A stretch of DNA of 55,720 nt. Source: Acidimicrobiia bacterium. Its GTDB lineage: Bacteria > Actinomycetota > Acidimicrobiia > Spongiisociales > ZC4RG35. Below are positions 1-9,725 of the stretch, piece after piece. Position 1 is the stretch's first letter. Each line of letters begins with the position of its first letter. The notes below the pieces were generated by a model. That model saw only the letters and a program-made list of their open reading frames with translations, was not told the origin of the DNA and ran no database searches. A program made the translations under genes and the position numbers. The stretch lies in assembly GCA_036556085.1 (NCBI GenBank), contig DATBKE010000170.1, positions 1 through 55,720 of the forward strand, read 5' to 3'.

Positions 1-222
1 CAGCCCGATCCCGATCAGCAGGGCGGGCTTGTCGCCCGTGCCAAAGACGGAGATCGCCCATTCCTTGATCGGGGTGGGAACGGTTGCGACCACCCGGTCG
101 GCGATTCCCTGCACGAGGGAAGGTGCCCCCAGGAAGGCCGCTAGCAGCTCGGAGACACCGAAGGCCATCCCCACCGCGGCCGTCCCCGCCAGGGCTGCGC
201 GGGCGTGTTCGGGCGTGCTCAT
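1..222 (-). CDS. Molybdopterin-dependent oxidoreductase (sulfite-oxidase family), N-terminal membrane part; runs off the window edge
   Basis: Not in the ORF track. Manual translation from ATG at 222 gives MSTPEHARAALAGTAAVGMAFGVSELLAAFLGAPSLVQGIADRVVATVPTPIKEWAISVFGTGDKPALLIGIGL; the WAIxxFGTxDK motif resembles actinobacterial membrane-anchored sulfite-oxidase-like proteins. Catalytic part is outside the window. Confidence 0.6.
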   Translation of the reverse strand, partial: MSTPEHARAALAGTAAVGMAFGVSELLAAFLGAPSLVQGIADRVVATVPTPIKEWAISVFGTGDKPALLIGIGL

Positions 223-266
223 ACTTGGTAAAACTGTCCCGGGACTCATTTTGGTCCCGATTCGAT

Positions 267-881
267 ATGGAATACGTAAAAATCCTCGACGACGGGTTGG
301 TTCGTTGTGCCTGGGGAACCGGACTGCCCGAATACATCGCCTATCACGATCTTGAATGGGGCCGGCCCTCGGTCGATCGATCCCGACTTTTCGAGAAGCT
401 TTGCCTGGAGGGATTTCAAAGCGGACTGTCGTGGCTCACCATCCTCCGCAAGCGGGCCGCGTTTCGGGAGGCATTCGCCGACTTCGCACCCGAGATCGTG
501 GCGGCCTACGTGCAGGAGGACGTCGATCGGTTGCTGGAAAATCCGGGCATCGTCCGCCATCAGGGAAAGATCCGCTCGACGATCAACAACGCCCGCCAGC
601 TGCTCGCCTTGGAGGAAAGGGAGGGCGACTTCGGCCGCTGGATGTGGAAGCACTGGGCGGATGCAAGCGATCTAGCTCCATCGACTATCGCCGCCACCAC
701 CGAGCAGTCGACCGCCCTCGCCCGCACCCTCAAGAAGTTCGGATTCACATTCGTCGGGCCGACCACTGTCTATGCCTTCATGCAATCGATGGGTCTCGTC
801 AACGATCATTACTCCGGCTGCTACGTCCGCGCCGATTGCCAGCAGGAGCGGATGGCCCTGATCGGCAGCATCCGCGGCTGA
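267..881 (+). CDS. tag: DNA-3-methyladenine glycosylase I
   Basis: RCAWG...YHDLEWG, LFEKLCLEGFQSGLSWLTILRKR, FVGPTTVYAFMQSMGLVNDHYSGC. Start moved from 84 to ATG 267. Confidence 0.95.
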   Translation: MEYVKILDDGLVRCAWGTGLPEYIAYHDLEWGRPSVDRSRLFEKLCLEGFQSGLSWLTILRKRAAFREAFADFAPEIVAAYVQEDVDRLLENPGIVRHQGKIRSTINNARQLLALEEREGDFGRWMWKHWADASDLAPSTIAATTEQSTALARTLKKFGFTFVGPTTVYAFMQSMGLVNDHYSGCYVRADCQQERMALIGSIRG

Positions 882-897
882 CAGCTAGAAATTCGCC

Positions 898-2037
898 ATG
901 CAGCTGATTCCCCGTCCGGCATTCAGCGTCGGCATCGAGGAGGAGTACCTCCTCGTCGATCGCGAAACCCGCAATCTCGTCAGCGATCCCAACTCCGAGA
1001 TGTGGGCGAGCGCAGTGGCGACGCTGGGGGAGAAGGCGATGCCCGAGTTCCTGCGCGCCCAACTCGAAGTGGCCACCGGGATTCACTCGAGCGTCGCTTC
1101 TGCCGCCGAGGAACTGACCGAGATGCGCAAGAGCCTGAACGAGTCCTTGACCGAGCACGGGGCGGCAGTGATGGCTGCCTCCACCCACCCGTTCGCTCTC
1201 TGGTGGGAACAACAGCCCACCGACAAGGACCGCTACAAGGTGATGGCCGAGGACCTGGGCATGGTGGCGCGGCGAATGGTGATTTGCGGTATGCATGTGC
1301 ATGCCGGGATCGAGGATCCCGACCTCCGGATCGATCTCATGAACCAGGTCCGGTATTTCCTGCCCCACCTGCTGGCCATCTCCACCTCCTCCCCCTTCTG
1401 GGGCTCGCGCAATACCGGTCTCAAGAGCTATCGCATTTCCACCTTCCGCACCATGCCCCGGACCGGACTCCCCGAGGAGTTCTCGAGCTGGAGCGAATAC
1501 CAGCGCCACGTCGATGTGCTGGTACGGGCGCGAATCATCGATGACTCCACGAAGATCTGGTGGGACATTCGCCCTTCGGCTCGGTTTCCCACGCTGGAGA
1601 TGAGGATCACCGACGTCTGCACCCGCGTAGACGACGCCGCCACCGTGGCCGCCTGCTACCTGTCAGCTCTGCACATGCTGTTCCGATTGCGTGTCGCCAA
1701 CCAGCGTTGGCGGCAATACGCCCCGATGTTGATCTCCGAGAACATCTGGCGCGCCCAGCGTTACGGCGTCCAAGGAACGCTCATGGACTTTGGCAAGGGA
1801 GTATTGGTTCCCTTCGACGAGCTAGTCGAAGAGATGATCGAAATGCTGCGCCCCGACGCCGAAGAGCTCGGGTGCTGGCCCGAGGTGGAGAGGGCCCGAT
1901 TGATCGTGGCCGAGGGCACATCGGCCGAACGCCAAATCGCCACCTATCAGGATGCGATCGAGGGCGGAGCCTCGACCGAGGAAGCCCTGAAGAGGGTGGT
2001 CGATCATTTGATCGAGGACACCGTCCCCAAGGTCTAG
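898..2037 (+). CDS. ybdK: Carboxylate-amine ligase, GCS2/YbdK family (putative glutamate-cysteine ligase 2)
   Basis: [54 protein letters not shown]. Confidence 0.9.
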   Translation: MQLIPRPAFSVGIEEEYLLVDRETRNLVSDPNSEMWASAVATLGEKAMPEFLRAQLEVATGIHSSVASAAEELTEMRKSLNESLTEHGAAVMAASTHPFALWWEQQPTDKDRYKVMAEDLGMVARRMVICGMHVHAGIEDPDLRIDLMNQVRYFLPHLLAISTSSPFWGSRNTGLKSYRISTFRTMPRTGLPEEFSSWSEYQRHVDVLVRARIIDDSTKIWWDIRPSARFPTLEMRITDVCTRVDDAATVAACYLSALHMLFRLRVANQRWRQYAPMLISENIWRAQRYGVQGTLMDFGKGVLVPFDELVEEMIEMLRPDAEELGCWPEVERARLIVAEGTSAERQIATYQDAIEGGASTEEALKRVVDHLIEDTVPKV

Positions 2038-2813
2038 CCGCGGTTGTGATCGTCGCGCCAGGCGATCCAGTCCGGGACCGATGCCAGGTCGTAATCAGGA
2101 CCGCTGAGCCCGAGGGTGAATTCGGTCACCCCCGCCGCAACATAGGCGTCGGCGCGGTCGATCCTCCCTAAGCCGATCCCAATCGAGCGCCCGATGGCTT
2201 GCGGGTCACGGCCGACTTCGGCGCACCATTTTTCGAGCACCGCCGACTTGCGTTTGAAAGTTTCGAGATCGCCGAAGCTGTGCCAGACGTCGGCGTGCTC
2301 GGCCACCATTCGCAAGGTTTTCCTTTCCCCCCCGCCGCCAATGAGGATCGGAAGCCGGCGGGTGGGAGCAGGGTTGAGCTTCTCCCAGCGCGATCGAATC
2401 CGGGGCAGAGCCTGCCGGAGATCTGCCAGGCGGTATCCGGCGGTACCAAATTCGTACCCGTACTCGTCATAGTCCCTGCGGAACCACCCGGCCCCGATGC
2501 CGAAGATCAGTCGGCCCATGGAAATGTGATCGACGGTCCGGGCCATGTCGGCCAGGAGCTCGGGATTGCGATAGCTGTTGCAGGTGACCAACGCCCCGAT
2601 CTCGATCCGCTCTGTCTGCTCGGCCCAGGCGCCCAGCATCGTCCAGCATTCGAAGTGCAGCCCGTCGGGATCGCCCGAGAGCGGGAAGAAGTGATCCCAG
2701 TTGTAGACGATGTCGACTCCCAGCTCCTCGGCCTTGGCGACCGTGTTCCGGATGGCTCGATACCCACCGTGTTGGGGCTGGATCTGGAGGGCGATGCGTA
2801 TGGGGCTGGGCAT
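2034..2813 (-). CDS. LLM-class F420-dependent oxidoreductase (MSMEG_2906-like)
   Basis: [55 protein letters not shown]. Confidence 0.88.
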   Translation of the reverse strand: MPSPIRIALQIQPQHGGYRAIRNTVAKAEELGVDIVYNWDHFFPLSGDPDGLHFECWTMLGAWAEQTERIEIGALVTCNSYRNPELLADMARTVDHISMGRLIFGIGAGWFRRDYDEYGYEFGTAGYRLADLRQALPRIRSRWEKLNPAPTRRLPILIGGGGERKTLRMVAEHADVWHSFGDLETFKRKSAVLEKWCAEVGRDPQAIGRSIGIGLGRIDRADAYVAAGVTEFTLGLSGPDYDLASVPDWIAWRDDHNRG

Positions 2814-2830
2814 GATGGCGACGTTACGAG

Positions 2831-3799
2831 CTAGTGGGCATCGCGGGCACCAATCGCCCAGGAGAGACCTTCCTCGGGATCATGAGCGGCGAGATGGAGT
2901 GACCATCCCAGCTCGGGAGCAAGATCGCTCCAGATGAACCACCGCAAGCGGGCGGCGGCGCCTTCCATCTCCACCGTCGTGGCCGGCCATTCCCACCCGG
3001 CCAAGGTGGCGAGGGCGAACCAAGCGGCGAACCGCCCAAACGCAACTCCTCGACGCCGGCCCATGGCTCCGCCAGAGGCCGCCGCCCAAGCCATGTGGGC
3101 GACAGCTTGGGGAGTCGATATCGGGGCGAGGTCGGCGGCCGGCACGCCCAGCGCTCGCAGGGCGGCCTCCGGCGGCCCATGGACGGAAACGGCCTGGCCG
3201 CGTCCATTCGATTCCTCCAGCCAGGGCTGAACCAGGGCCAACAAAGCATCTGTCGAGGCGAGATCCTCGATCACCTCCGCATCTGGCGGCAGCTCGATTG
3301 TTTGCAGGGCGGCCAAAGGAGGGGGCGGTGCCTCGACCCGGTCCTTGTGATAGATGGGGACGGCGTAGCGCGGCTCCCACGAGGCCAGGGCCAAGGGGAC
3401 TTCCGAAGGCCCGACATCGCCGGCCCCGATGCTCTCTCCAGCCGCGGCGCGTTCGGATGCCACCGCCTGCCGATTGGGACCGGGGCCGAGATGGGGTGCT
3501 AGCTCGGCGAAAGTGTGCCGGTTGGCGACCACCTCCGTAAGTGGTCCCAGGGCAAAGCGCGCCGGTCCCTCCGCGACAGCCGACGCCGCCGTCGCCGGGG
3601 GCGCTTCCAGGGCCAGCCGGTAGCGGATGTGCTGGTCGACTCCCCAGAGCTGGCGGCCCCGCTCCAACGCCTCGGCCAGGAGAACCCGCAGCTTTCCGAG
3701 CTCTCCCCACTCCCGGGCGGTCGTGGCGCCGTCGACAATGCGGAGTAGCTCGTCTGTATCGGAACTCTCGATCGCTTCTCGAACTCGGCGATCGTTCAT
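2831..3799 (-). CDS. Conserved hypothetical protein (322 aa)
   Basis: Long ORF with a 4-bp ATGA overlap with the upstream DUF2905 gene and globular-looking composition; family not recognised. Confidence 0.75.
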   Translation of the reverse strand: MNDRRVREAIESSDTDELLRIVDGATTAREWGELGKLRVLLAEALERGRQLWGVDQHIRYRLALEAPPATAASAVAEGPARFALGPLTEVVANRHTFAELAPHLGPGPNRQAVASERAAAGESIGAGDVGPSEVPLALASWEPRYAVPIYHKDRVEAPPPPLAALQTIELPPDAEVIEDLASTDALLALVQPWLEESNGRGQAVSVHGPPEAALRALGVPAADLAPISTPQAVAHMAWAAASGGAMGRRRGVAFGRFAAWFALATLAGWEWPATTVEMEGAAARLRWFIWSDLAPELGWSLHLAAHDPEEGLSWAIGARDAH

Positions 3800-4020
3800 C
3801 CCCGGTCGCGAAACAATCGGAACAGGACGTTCACGACCACGGTGAGGACAATGCTGATCAGGATCGACGAGGTCAGCGGAAAGTAAAAGCCACCTCGTTC
3901 GCTCTCGCTCCGGATGTCACCGGGAAGGCGACCGAACCACGAAAACCAGCCTCGGTTGACGCCTAAGCCCACCACGATCAGCAGCACGCCGAGGCCGATC
4001 CAAATGTGGCCCGCTTTCAT
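3796..4020 (-). CDS. DUF2905-family small membrane protein
   Basis: Two hydrophobic segments flanking GRLPGDI and FYFPLTSSILISIVL. Confidence 0.85.
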   Translation of the reverse strand: MKAGHIWIGLGVLLIVVGLGVNRGWFSWFGRLPGDIRSESERGGFYFPLTSSILISIVLTVVVNVLFRLFRDRG

Positions 4021-4023
4021 GAT

Positions 4024-4389
4024 CTAAGAAGCCGGCGGCATCCCTTGGTCGCTGTCATCGTCCTTCTCCGGTCGTGAGCGACGCAGCTCGTTACCGAGTT
4101 GTGAGAAAGCTGCTCCCACCGCTTCAAAGAATCCGGTGGCCGCTTGTTTGGCCTGCTGCCGAACCCCTTCGTCCCGGACGGCGGTGCCGACCGCGTCGGT
4201 GAGCCGGTCCCAAGCGCGGCCCAGAGTGTGGAAAGCGTCTCGCACTTCTTGGTCGCTCGGCCCGTCGGCTCCGGGTTGCTGGCGATAGGTGTCCTTCAGC
4301 TTTTCGCGCAAGGAGGCGAACTCTTCGCCGAGTTTGTCCCAGGGGTCGGTCTTGGCTTCGTCGATAGGATCGTTGTCGTGCGTCTCCAT
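4024..4389 (-). CDS. Hypothetical amphipathic helical protein
   Basis: From ATG 4389: METHDNDPIDEAKTDPWDKLGEEFASLREKLKDTY...; helical periodicity; -10-like TACCAT 7 nt before the ATG; stop 3 nt before the DUF2905 start. Confidence 0.7.
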   Translation of the reverse strand: METHDNDPIDEAKTDPWDKLGEEFASLREKLKDTYRQQPGADGPSDQEVRDAFHTLGRAWDRLTDAVGTAVRDEGVRQQAKQAATGFFEAVGAAFSQLGNELRRSRPEKDDDSDQGMPPAS

Positions 4390-5244
4390 CTCCTCGATGG
4401 TACTTACGAGTTGTTTCGAGCTTTTTATGGCCGTCCTGCTCGCCAGGCTCCCGATGGCCGCGAGGTCGGGGCAACTCTGGGTGTGATCGAGACGACGCTG
4501 TCTTTGCTGCGAGAGCCGGGAGTGACGCACTTGGCCTCTGCCACCGACACGGTGATCGAGTCCTTTCGCAACGACATGTTTGCCGGCTACAAAACCGGGG
4601 CCGGAGTCGATCCGCTATTGATGGCGCAGTTCCCGCTGGTCGAACGTGCCTTCGCCACCATCGGTGTGGTTTGTTGGGGGATGCTCGAATACGAGGCCGA
4701 CGATGCCATCGCCACCGCTGCCTGGAGGTGGTGCGAGGATGTCGAGCAGGTGGTGATCTGCACCCCCGACAAGGACATGTGCCAGTGCGTGATTGGCGAT
4801 CGGGTGGTGACTCTCAATCGTCGCGAGCAGATCGTGCTCGACGAGGATGGGGTCAAAGCGAAATTCGGCGTCGGCCCCGAGTCGATCCCCGACTACCTCG
4901 CACTGGTTGGTGACACCGCTGACGGCGTACCCGGCTTGCCGGGCTGGGGTCCCAAGTCGGCCGCGACTGTTCTGGGTCGGTGGCGCCATCTCGAGGCGAT
5001 TCCTACGCGGGCAGAGGACTGGGAAGTGACGGTGCGGGGAGCCCCCAAGCTCGCGGCCACCCTGACCGAACGGGTCGAGGACGTGTTCTTGTATCGCGAT
5101 CTAACCACCTTGCGCAAGGATGCCGAACTGAAGGAGGAGCTTTCAGACCTCGAATGGAAGGGTGTTGACCGCGCCGCATTCCTCGAGCTTTGTGACGAAC
5201 TGGGTTTTGACGACGTCAGGACTCGCCCGCACCTTTGGCAGTAG
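4378..5244 (+). CDS. Stand-alone 5'-3' exonuclease / flap endonuclease (PolI N-terminal-domain homolog)
   Basis: LHLLDGTYELFRAFYG, EADDAIAT, TPDKD, LVGDTADGVPGLPGWGPKSA (H3TH). GTG 4378 has TAGGAT 7 nt upstream. Confidence 0.92.
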   Translation: MRLHLLDGTYELFRAFYGRPARQAPDGREVGATLGVIETTLSLLREPGVTHLASATDTVIESFRNDMFAGYKTGAGVDPLLMAQFPLVERAFATIGVVCWGMLEYEADDAIATAAWRWCEDVEQVVICTPDKDMCQCVIGDRVVTLNRREQIVLDEDGVKAKFGVGPESIPDYLALVGDTADGVPGLPGWGPKSAATVLGRWRHLEAIPTRAEDWEVTVRGAPKLAATLTERVEDVFLYRDLTTLRKDAELKEELSDLEWKGVDRAAFLELCDELGFDDVRTRPHLWQ

Positions 5245-5245
5245 G

Positions 5246-6670
5246 TCAGGAAAGGACGGAGCGCAAGGCGGATCGGGCCGCCCAGTATCCGCACATCCCA
5301 TGCACCCCAGCCCCGGGCGGCGTCGAAGAAGAGCAGAGAAAGACGTTGCCTAGCGGCGTGCCATACGGATTCCGGGAGGGCATTGGTCGAAACAGCACCT
5401 GCTTCAGGGTATGGGCACCTCCCGTAATGTCTCCGCCGGCGAGATTGGGGTTGTAAACCTCGAGGTCGCCTGGGCTCGAGACGCAGCGCTCGATGATGGT
5501 CTCACCGAAGCCGGGAGCAAGGTTCTCGATCTCGCGCTCGATCTTGGGCCGAAAGTCGATGGTAGTTCCGCGGGGTACGTGGGCGTAGACCCAGAGGGTG
5601 TGCCGACCGTTCGGAGCCCTGCCGGGATCGAAGACACTCGGCTGGGCGGCGAGAATGAAAGGCCGCTCGGGCTCCTTTCCCTTCCAAATCCTGGCTTCGG
5701 CCTCGATGATCGACTGTGACGATCCGATGTGGATGGTTCCAGCATCTGAGAGGCGATGATTGGCCCAGGGAACGGGACTGCTGAGGGCGTAGTCGATCTT
5801 GAAGGCTCCAGGTCCGCGTCGGAAGCGACCAAGTCGACGCCGGTAGGTGTCCGAAATGGTGTCTCCCGCGAGGCGGAGGAAAATATCGGGAGTCACATCG
5901 AGAAAGATCGATCTGGCGGCCGGCAGCTTGGCGAGGCTCTCCACCCAGACCCCAGTTTCGATCTCGCCGCCCAGGGAGACAAGGTAGGAGGCGAGCGCAT
6001 CGACGATGGCCTGCGAGCCTCCGGCGGCAAAAGGCCACCCCCAGCGATGAGCGGTGATCGGATACAGCAGTCCGTAAGCGGCCGTGAACCGCTTGGAGAG
6101 CGGCAAGAACGAGTGAGCAGAGGTGCCGGCAAAAAGGGCCTTGGCTGGCTCATGGCGAAACGAATTGATGAGCGTGGTGGCCGGAAGGATGCCCACCCAA
6201 CCGAAGCGGGCCATGGCCAGCGGATGCCTGGGCATTCGCAGCAGGGGACTGAGGATCGAAGGTTCGATCTTGTCCCACGCCTCGACGAGCGGTGCAATTC
6301 GATCCCGATACTCCTCACCGTCGGCGCCCCCCAACTCCTCGGCAGTGGTTTCCGCCGAACGGTGAACCAGCACCGCTTCCCGAGGGCTAATGGGATGGGC
6401 GAAGGGCGTGACGGGATGGACCCATCGGAGCCCATGCTCTTCCAGAGGAAGTTGACGGAAGAAGGGCGAGCCGAGGCCGAGGGGGTGGACCGCTGAGCAG
6501 ACGTCATGTCGAAACCCCGGCTGGGTGAGCTCCATCGTCCGGGAACCGCCACCAACCGTGGGACCGCCTTCCAGAACTTTGACCGAACGACCGGCCCTGG
6601 CCAGGGCGACGGCCGCTGCCAGCCCGTTGGGCCCCGCACCGACTACTACTGCGTCATAACTTCTTTGCAC
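5246..6670 (-). CDS. NAD(P)/FAD-dependent oxidoreductase, phytoene-desaturase superfamily
   Basis: YDAVVVGAGPNGLAAA dinucleotide motif, HDVCSAVHP, FLCSSSTPPGAGVHGMCGYWAA. Start moved to GTG 6670. Confidence 0.88.
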   Translation of the reverse strand: MQRSYDAVVVGAGPNGLAAAVALARAGRSVKVLEGGPTVGGGSRTMELTQPGFRHDVCSAVHPLGLGSPFFRQLPLEEHGLRWVHPVTPFAHPISPREAVLVHRSAETTAEELGGADGEEYRDRIAPLVEAWDKIEPSILSPLLRMPRHPLAMARFGWVGILPATTLINSFRHEPAKALFAGTSAHSFLPLSKRFTAAYGLLYPITAHRWGWPFAAGGSQAIVDALASYLVSLGGEIETGVWVESLAKLPAARSIFLDVTPDIFLRLAGDTISDTYRRRLGRFRRGPGAFKIDYALSSPVPWANHRLSDAGTIHIGSSQSIIEAEARIWKGKEPERPFILAAQPSVFDPGRAPNGRHTLWVYAHVPRGTTIDFRPKIEREIENLAPGFGETIIERCVSSPGDLEVYNPNLAGGDITGGAHTLKQVLFRPMPSRNPYGTPLGNVFLCSSSTPPGAGVHGMCGYWAARSALRSVLS

Positions 6671-6715
6671 CCGTGAGGGACATTCTGGCCCGAGCCGCGG
6701 TACGGTCGCGTCACG

Positions 6716-7432
6716 GTGGGTGGTGACCTCACTCTCTACATCGTCGGCGATCCCATCCCCGGCTATCTGGCCACTCCCGACGGTACGGGTCCCTTCCCGG
6801 GGGTGATCGTTTTCCATCAGGCGCACGGACTTGACGATGACATCCGTCGCTTGACCGACCGCGTAGCTTCCCTCGGCTATCTGGCGGTGGCGCCCGATTT
6901 GGTTGCAGGCGGAGGTTGGCGCTGTATCGCCCGCCTGTTTCGCGACCTCATGCGCGGACGCGGGGAGGGAGTGGAGAAAGCAGAGGCTGTCATCGACTGG
7001 ATGTCGAGAAGAGCCGATTGCAACGGCAAAGTTGGGGCGATTGGCTTCTGCCTCGGTGGCGGTTTCGCCTTCCTACTCGGGCTTTCAGGAAAGCTCGATG
7101 CCACCGCCCCCAACTACGGACGACCACCCAAGTCCCTCGCCGGCTCCTGTCCGGTGGTCGCTTCCTACGGCGGCCGCGATCTGGTCTTTCGGCGTCACGC
7201 CGCTTTGGTGGCGGAGGCCCTCGATGAGAACGGTATTCCGAACGACGTCAAGGTCTACCGGGAGGCGGGCCATGGCTTCATGAATCAGAGCGACGAGCAT
7301 CCGGTCGTGAGTGCTCTGGGGCGGCCACTTCTGGCGATCGGATACCAGCGCGATGCGGCCGAAGACACCTGGCTCCGGATTCGAGACTTCTTTGCTAGGT
7401 ACCTCGACGGGTCGCCGCCTCGGCCAGTGTGA
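6716..7432 (+). CDS. Dienelactone hydrolase family protein
   Basis: GAIGFCLGG nucleophile elbow, YGGRD, AGHGFMN. 3' end overlaps the convergent gene by 38 bp. Confidence 0.9.
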   Translation: MGGDLTLYIVGDPIPGYLATPDGTGPFPGVIVFHQAHGLDDDIRRLTDRVASLGYLAVAPDLVAGGGWRCIARLFRDLMRGRGEGVEKAEAVIDWMSRRADCNGKVGAIGFCLGGGFAFLLGLSGKLDATAPNYGRPPKSLAGSCPVVASYGGRDLVFRRHAALVAEALDENGIPNDVKVYREAGHGFMNQSDEHPVVSALGRPLLAIGYQRDAAEDTWLRIRDFFARYLDGSPPRPV

Positions 7433-8240
7433 GGTCGTGCTTTCCTTCGATCTTCTCGTAAGCCCAGCGAGCTGGCCCGATGAGCCGGTAGCGACGGGGG
7501 AGGAGTGGACGCAGGCGCCCGAGGAGGGCCAGGTTGAGGTCGAGCCAGCGTCTCCGATTCGGCGACCAACGCACTCCGTAGAGATCGCGTAATCGAGCGG
7601 GCAGAGTTCCGAAGGCGGCAAAGCGAATGAATGCCCAGATCGGCTTCAGCGCTGCCGGCACCGGTCCCGTTCTGATGATGTCGGCGACATTGTCGGAGAC
7701 ATCGGTGCGGATCAACAGGTCAGAGTTGATCACCGACCCGACATAGTTCTCCATGTCGACGTAGGTGGCCGGCACCTGATCCTCGGAAAGGAGCATGAGC
7801 TTGGCCGCCGTGAGGTTCTCGCGGTGATAGCGGTCGCGTTCTTCGGCCGTGAGACGGCGAACGGTCCTCTCAAAGAAGTAAATCGAAGAAACCTCGAGAC
7901 AGGCATGGACCCAGAGGAGCAACTCAGGGTCGAGGGCATCGTAAGAATGGCCGGTCACCGAGTCGATCCCGTTGATCCGCGTATGGAGGCGGTTGATGCG
8001 GTCGGCGGCTTCGTTGGCTTCTGACTTGGTTCCGAAGGTCATAGTCGACTGCAGCTGCAATGTCCGGATCAGGCGGGCCCACGGGTCTCTCTGATAGAAC
8101 GACGTTTGCCGCGCACCGGCGGCCACCAATGGATGGGCGGCATGCATGAGCAGCGCCCTCGCCCCGCCAAACAGAACGGTTATCTCCTGGTTGACGACCC
8201 AGGTGATCGAACCGGGCCCGAAATAGCCGGTATCGCCCAT
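7395..8240 (-). CDS. Oxygenase MpaB / DUF2236 family protein
   Basis: GYFGPGSITW, GGARALLMHAAHP, YDALDPELLLWVHA. Start at ATG 8240 (MGDTGYFG). Confidence 0.88.
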   Translation of the reverse strand: MGDTGYFGPGSITWVVNQEITVLFGGARALLMHAAHPLVAAGARQTSFYQRDPWARLIRTLQLQSTMTFGTKSEANEAADRINRLHTRINGIDSVTGHSYDALDPELLLWVHACLEVSSIYFFERTVRRLTAEERDRYHRENLTAAKLMLLSEDQVPATYVDMENYVGSVINSDLLIRTDVSDNVADIIRTGPVPAALKPIWAFIRFAAFGTLPARLRDLYGVRWSPNRRRWLDLNLALLGRLRPLLPRRYRLIGPARWAYEKIEGKHDLTLAEAATRRGT

Positions 8241-8396
8241 GCCCTCATTTTCGCCGCGAAATGATTGTTGCTGGGAGGGCATAGAGAGCCGAGCACCTAG
8301 GGACCGAGAGGGGCGAAGTCATCGGTCCCACGACTACGCACCGCTTACGGCCTGGGTTTGGTGTGGCCGGTCGGCGTTGTCCCGTTAGTCGACCGG

Positions 8397-9725
8397 TCAC
8401 ACCCCCGCTCGTCGCGACCCGCCGAAGCGCAGAACCGCGAGTCCCAGTAACGCAGCGGCGATGGACGCAGCGAAAATGCCGACGCGGGCGTCGACGAAAT
8501 GCTGGCGGTCATCGAAGGCCAGGCCGGCGATGAAGAGTGCCACTGTGAAACCGATCCCGGCCAGGATGGAGACTCCAAAGACGTGTCGACGGGTCATGCC
8601 CGAGGGAAGCGAGAGCCCGCTAGCGGTCCCAAGGAGCGTGAAGAGCGAGACCCCGACGGCCTTCCCTACTAGGAGGCCCAATCCCACGCCCAGGGCAATG
8701 GGGCTGGTGAGGTTGACAAGGCCGGACCCAAAGTTGATACCCCCATTGGCCAGCGCGAAAATCGGGACCACGACGAACGCCGACCAAAGGCTCAGGGCTG
8801 GCTCGATACGGGTCAATGGAGAAACCGACTCGCGGGCGAACTCTGCGATCGTGAGCAAGCTGAAATCAGCACTCTCCCGCTCCCAAACATCGTCATCCTC
8901 GGTTACCAGCTTTTGAAGGATTGGACCCGACTGGCTCCGAAACTCGCCGAGAGCGTAGAAAGGGGAGGCGGGAGTCAGTAGCCCCAGCGCCACCCCTGCC
9001 AGTGTGGCGTGAACCCCGGACTCGAGGGTGGCGAGCCAAGCCAGGAGGGCCAATGGGAGGTAGACACCGAGGGAGCGGATACCAACCCGTCCCGCGCCCC
9101 ACACCCCCACTAAGGCGGCGACAGCCACCACTAGCCAGCCAATGGAAAGCGGTCCCGAATAGAAGATGGCGATGACGGCGATGGCGCCGATGTCGTCGGC
9201 GATTGCCAGGGTCAGCAGGAATAGCTTTGCCCCCACTGGCACTCTTTTTCCAACGAGGGCTAGTACCCCGACCGCGAAAGCGATGTCGGTTGCCATCGGC
9301 ACGCCCCATCCTCGCTCTGCACCCGGTGCACTTCCTGCCAGAGCTAGGTAAAGCAAGGCCGGAACGATCATGCCGCCCAGGGCAGCCAGGATCGGTAAGA
9401 GCGCCGCCCGCGGTTCACGAAGGTCGCCGACCACAAGCTCACGCTTGATCTCGAGTCCCACGACGAAGAAGAAAATCGCCATCAGGCCATCATTCACGAA
9501 GCCGCGCAGCGTCTCGTCGAGATGAAGCGGACCCAGCTCGAAGCGAATCGACGTGGCAAAAAAACTTTCGTAGGAATCGAAGTTGAGGTTCGCCCAGATC
9601 AATCCAAAAGCAGCGGCGACGATCAGGGCAATGCCAGATGAGGCTTCTCGATCGGCAAAGCGCAGGAATGGCCGGACAAAGGTCCGGGGCACGAAGCGGC
9701 CCGAACGTGCCCACGGTTGGGTCAC
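8397..9725 (-). CDS. nhaA: Na+/H+ antiporter NhaA
   Basis: VNDGLMAIFFFVVGLEIKRE, GWGVPMATDIAFA, LLTLAIADDIGAI, GIGFTVALFI. Confidence 0.96.
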   Translation of the reverse strand: MTQPWARSGRFVPRTFVRPFLRFADREASSGIALIVAAAFGLIWANLNFDSYESFFATSIRFELGPLHLDETLRGFVNDGLMAIFFFVVGLEIKRELVVGDLREPRAALLPILAALGGMIVPALLYLALAGSAPGAERGWGVPMATDIAFAVGVLALVGKRVPVGAKLFLLTLAIADDIGAIAVIAIFYSGPLSIGWLVVAVAALVGVWGAGRVGIRSLGVYLPLALLAWLATLESGVHATLAGVALGLLTPASPFYALGEFRSQSGPILQKLVTEDDDVWERESADFSLLTIAEFARESVSPLTRIEPALSLWSAFVVVPIFALANGGINFGSGLVNLTSPIALGVGLGLLVGKAVGVSLFTLLGTASGLSLPSGMTRRHVFGVSILAGIGFTVALFIAGLAFDDRQHFVDARVGIFAASIAAALLGLAVLRFGGSRRAGV

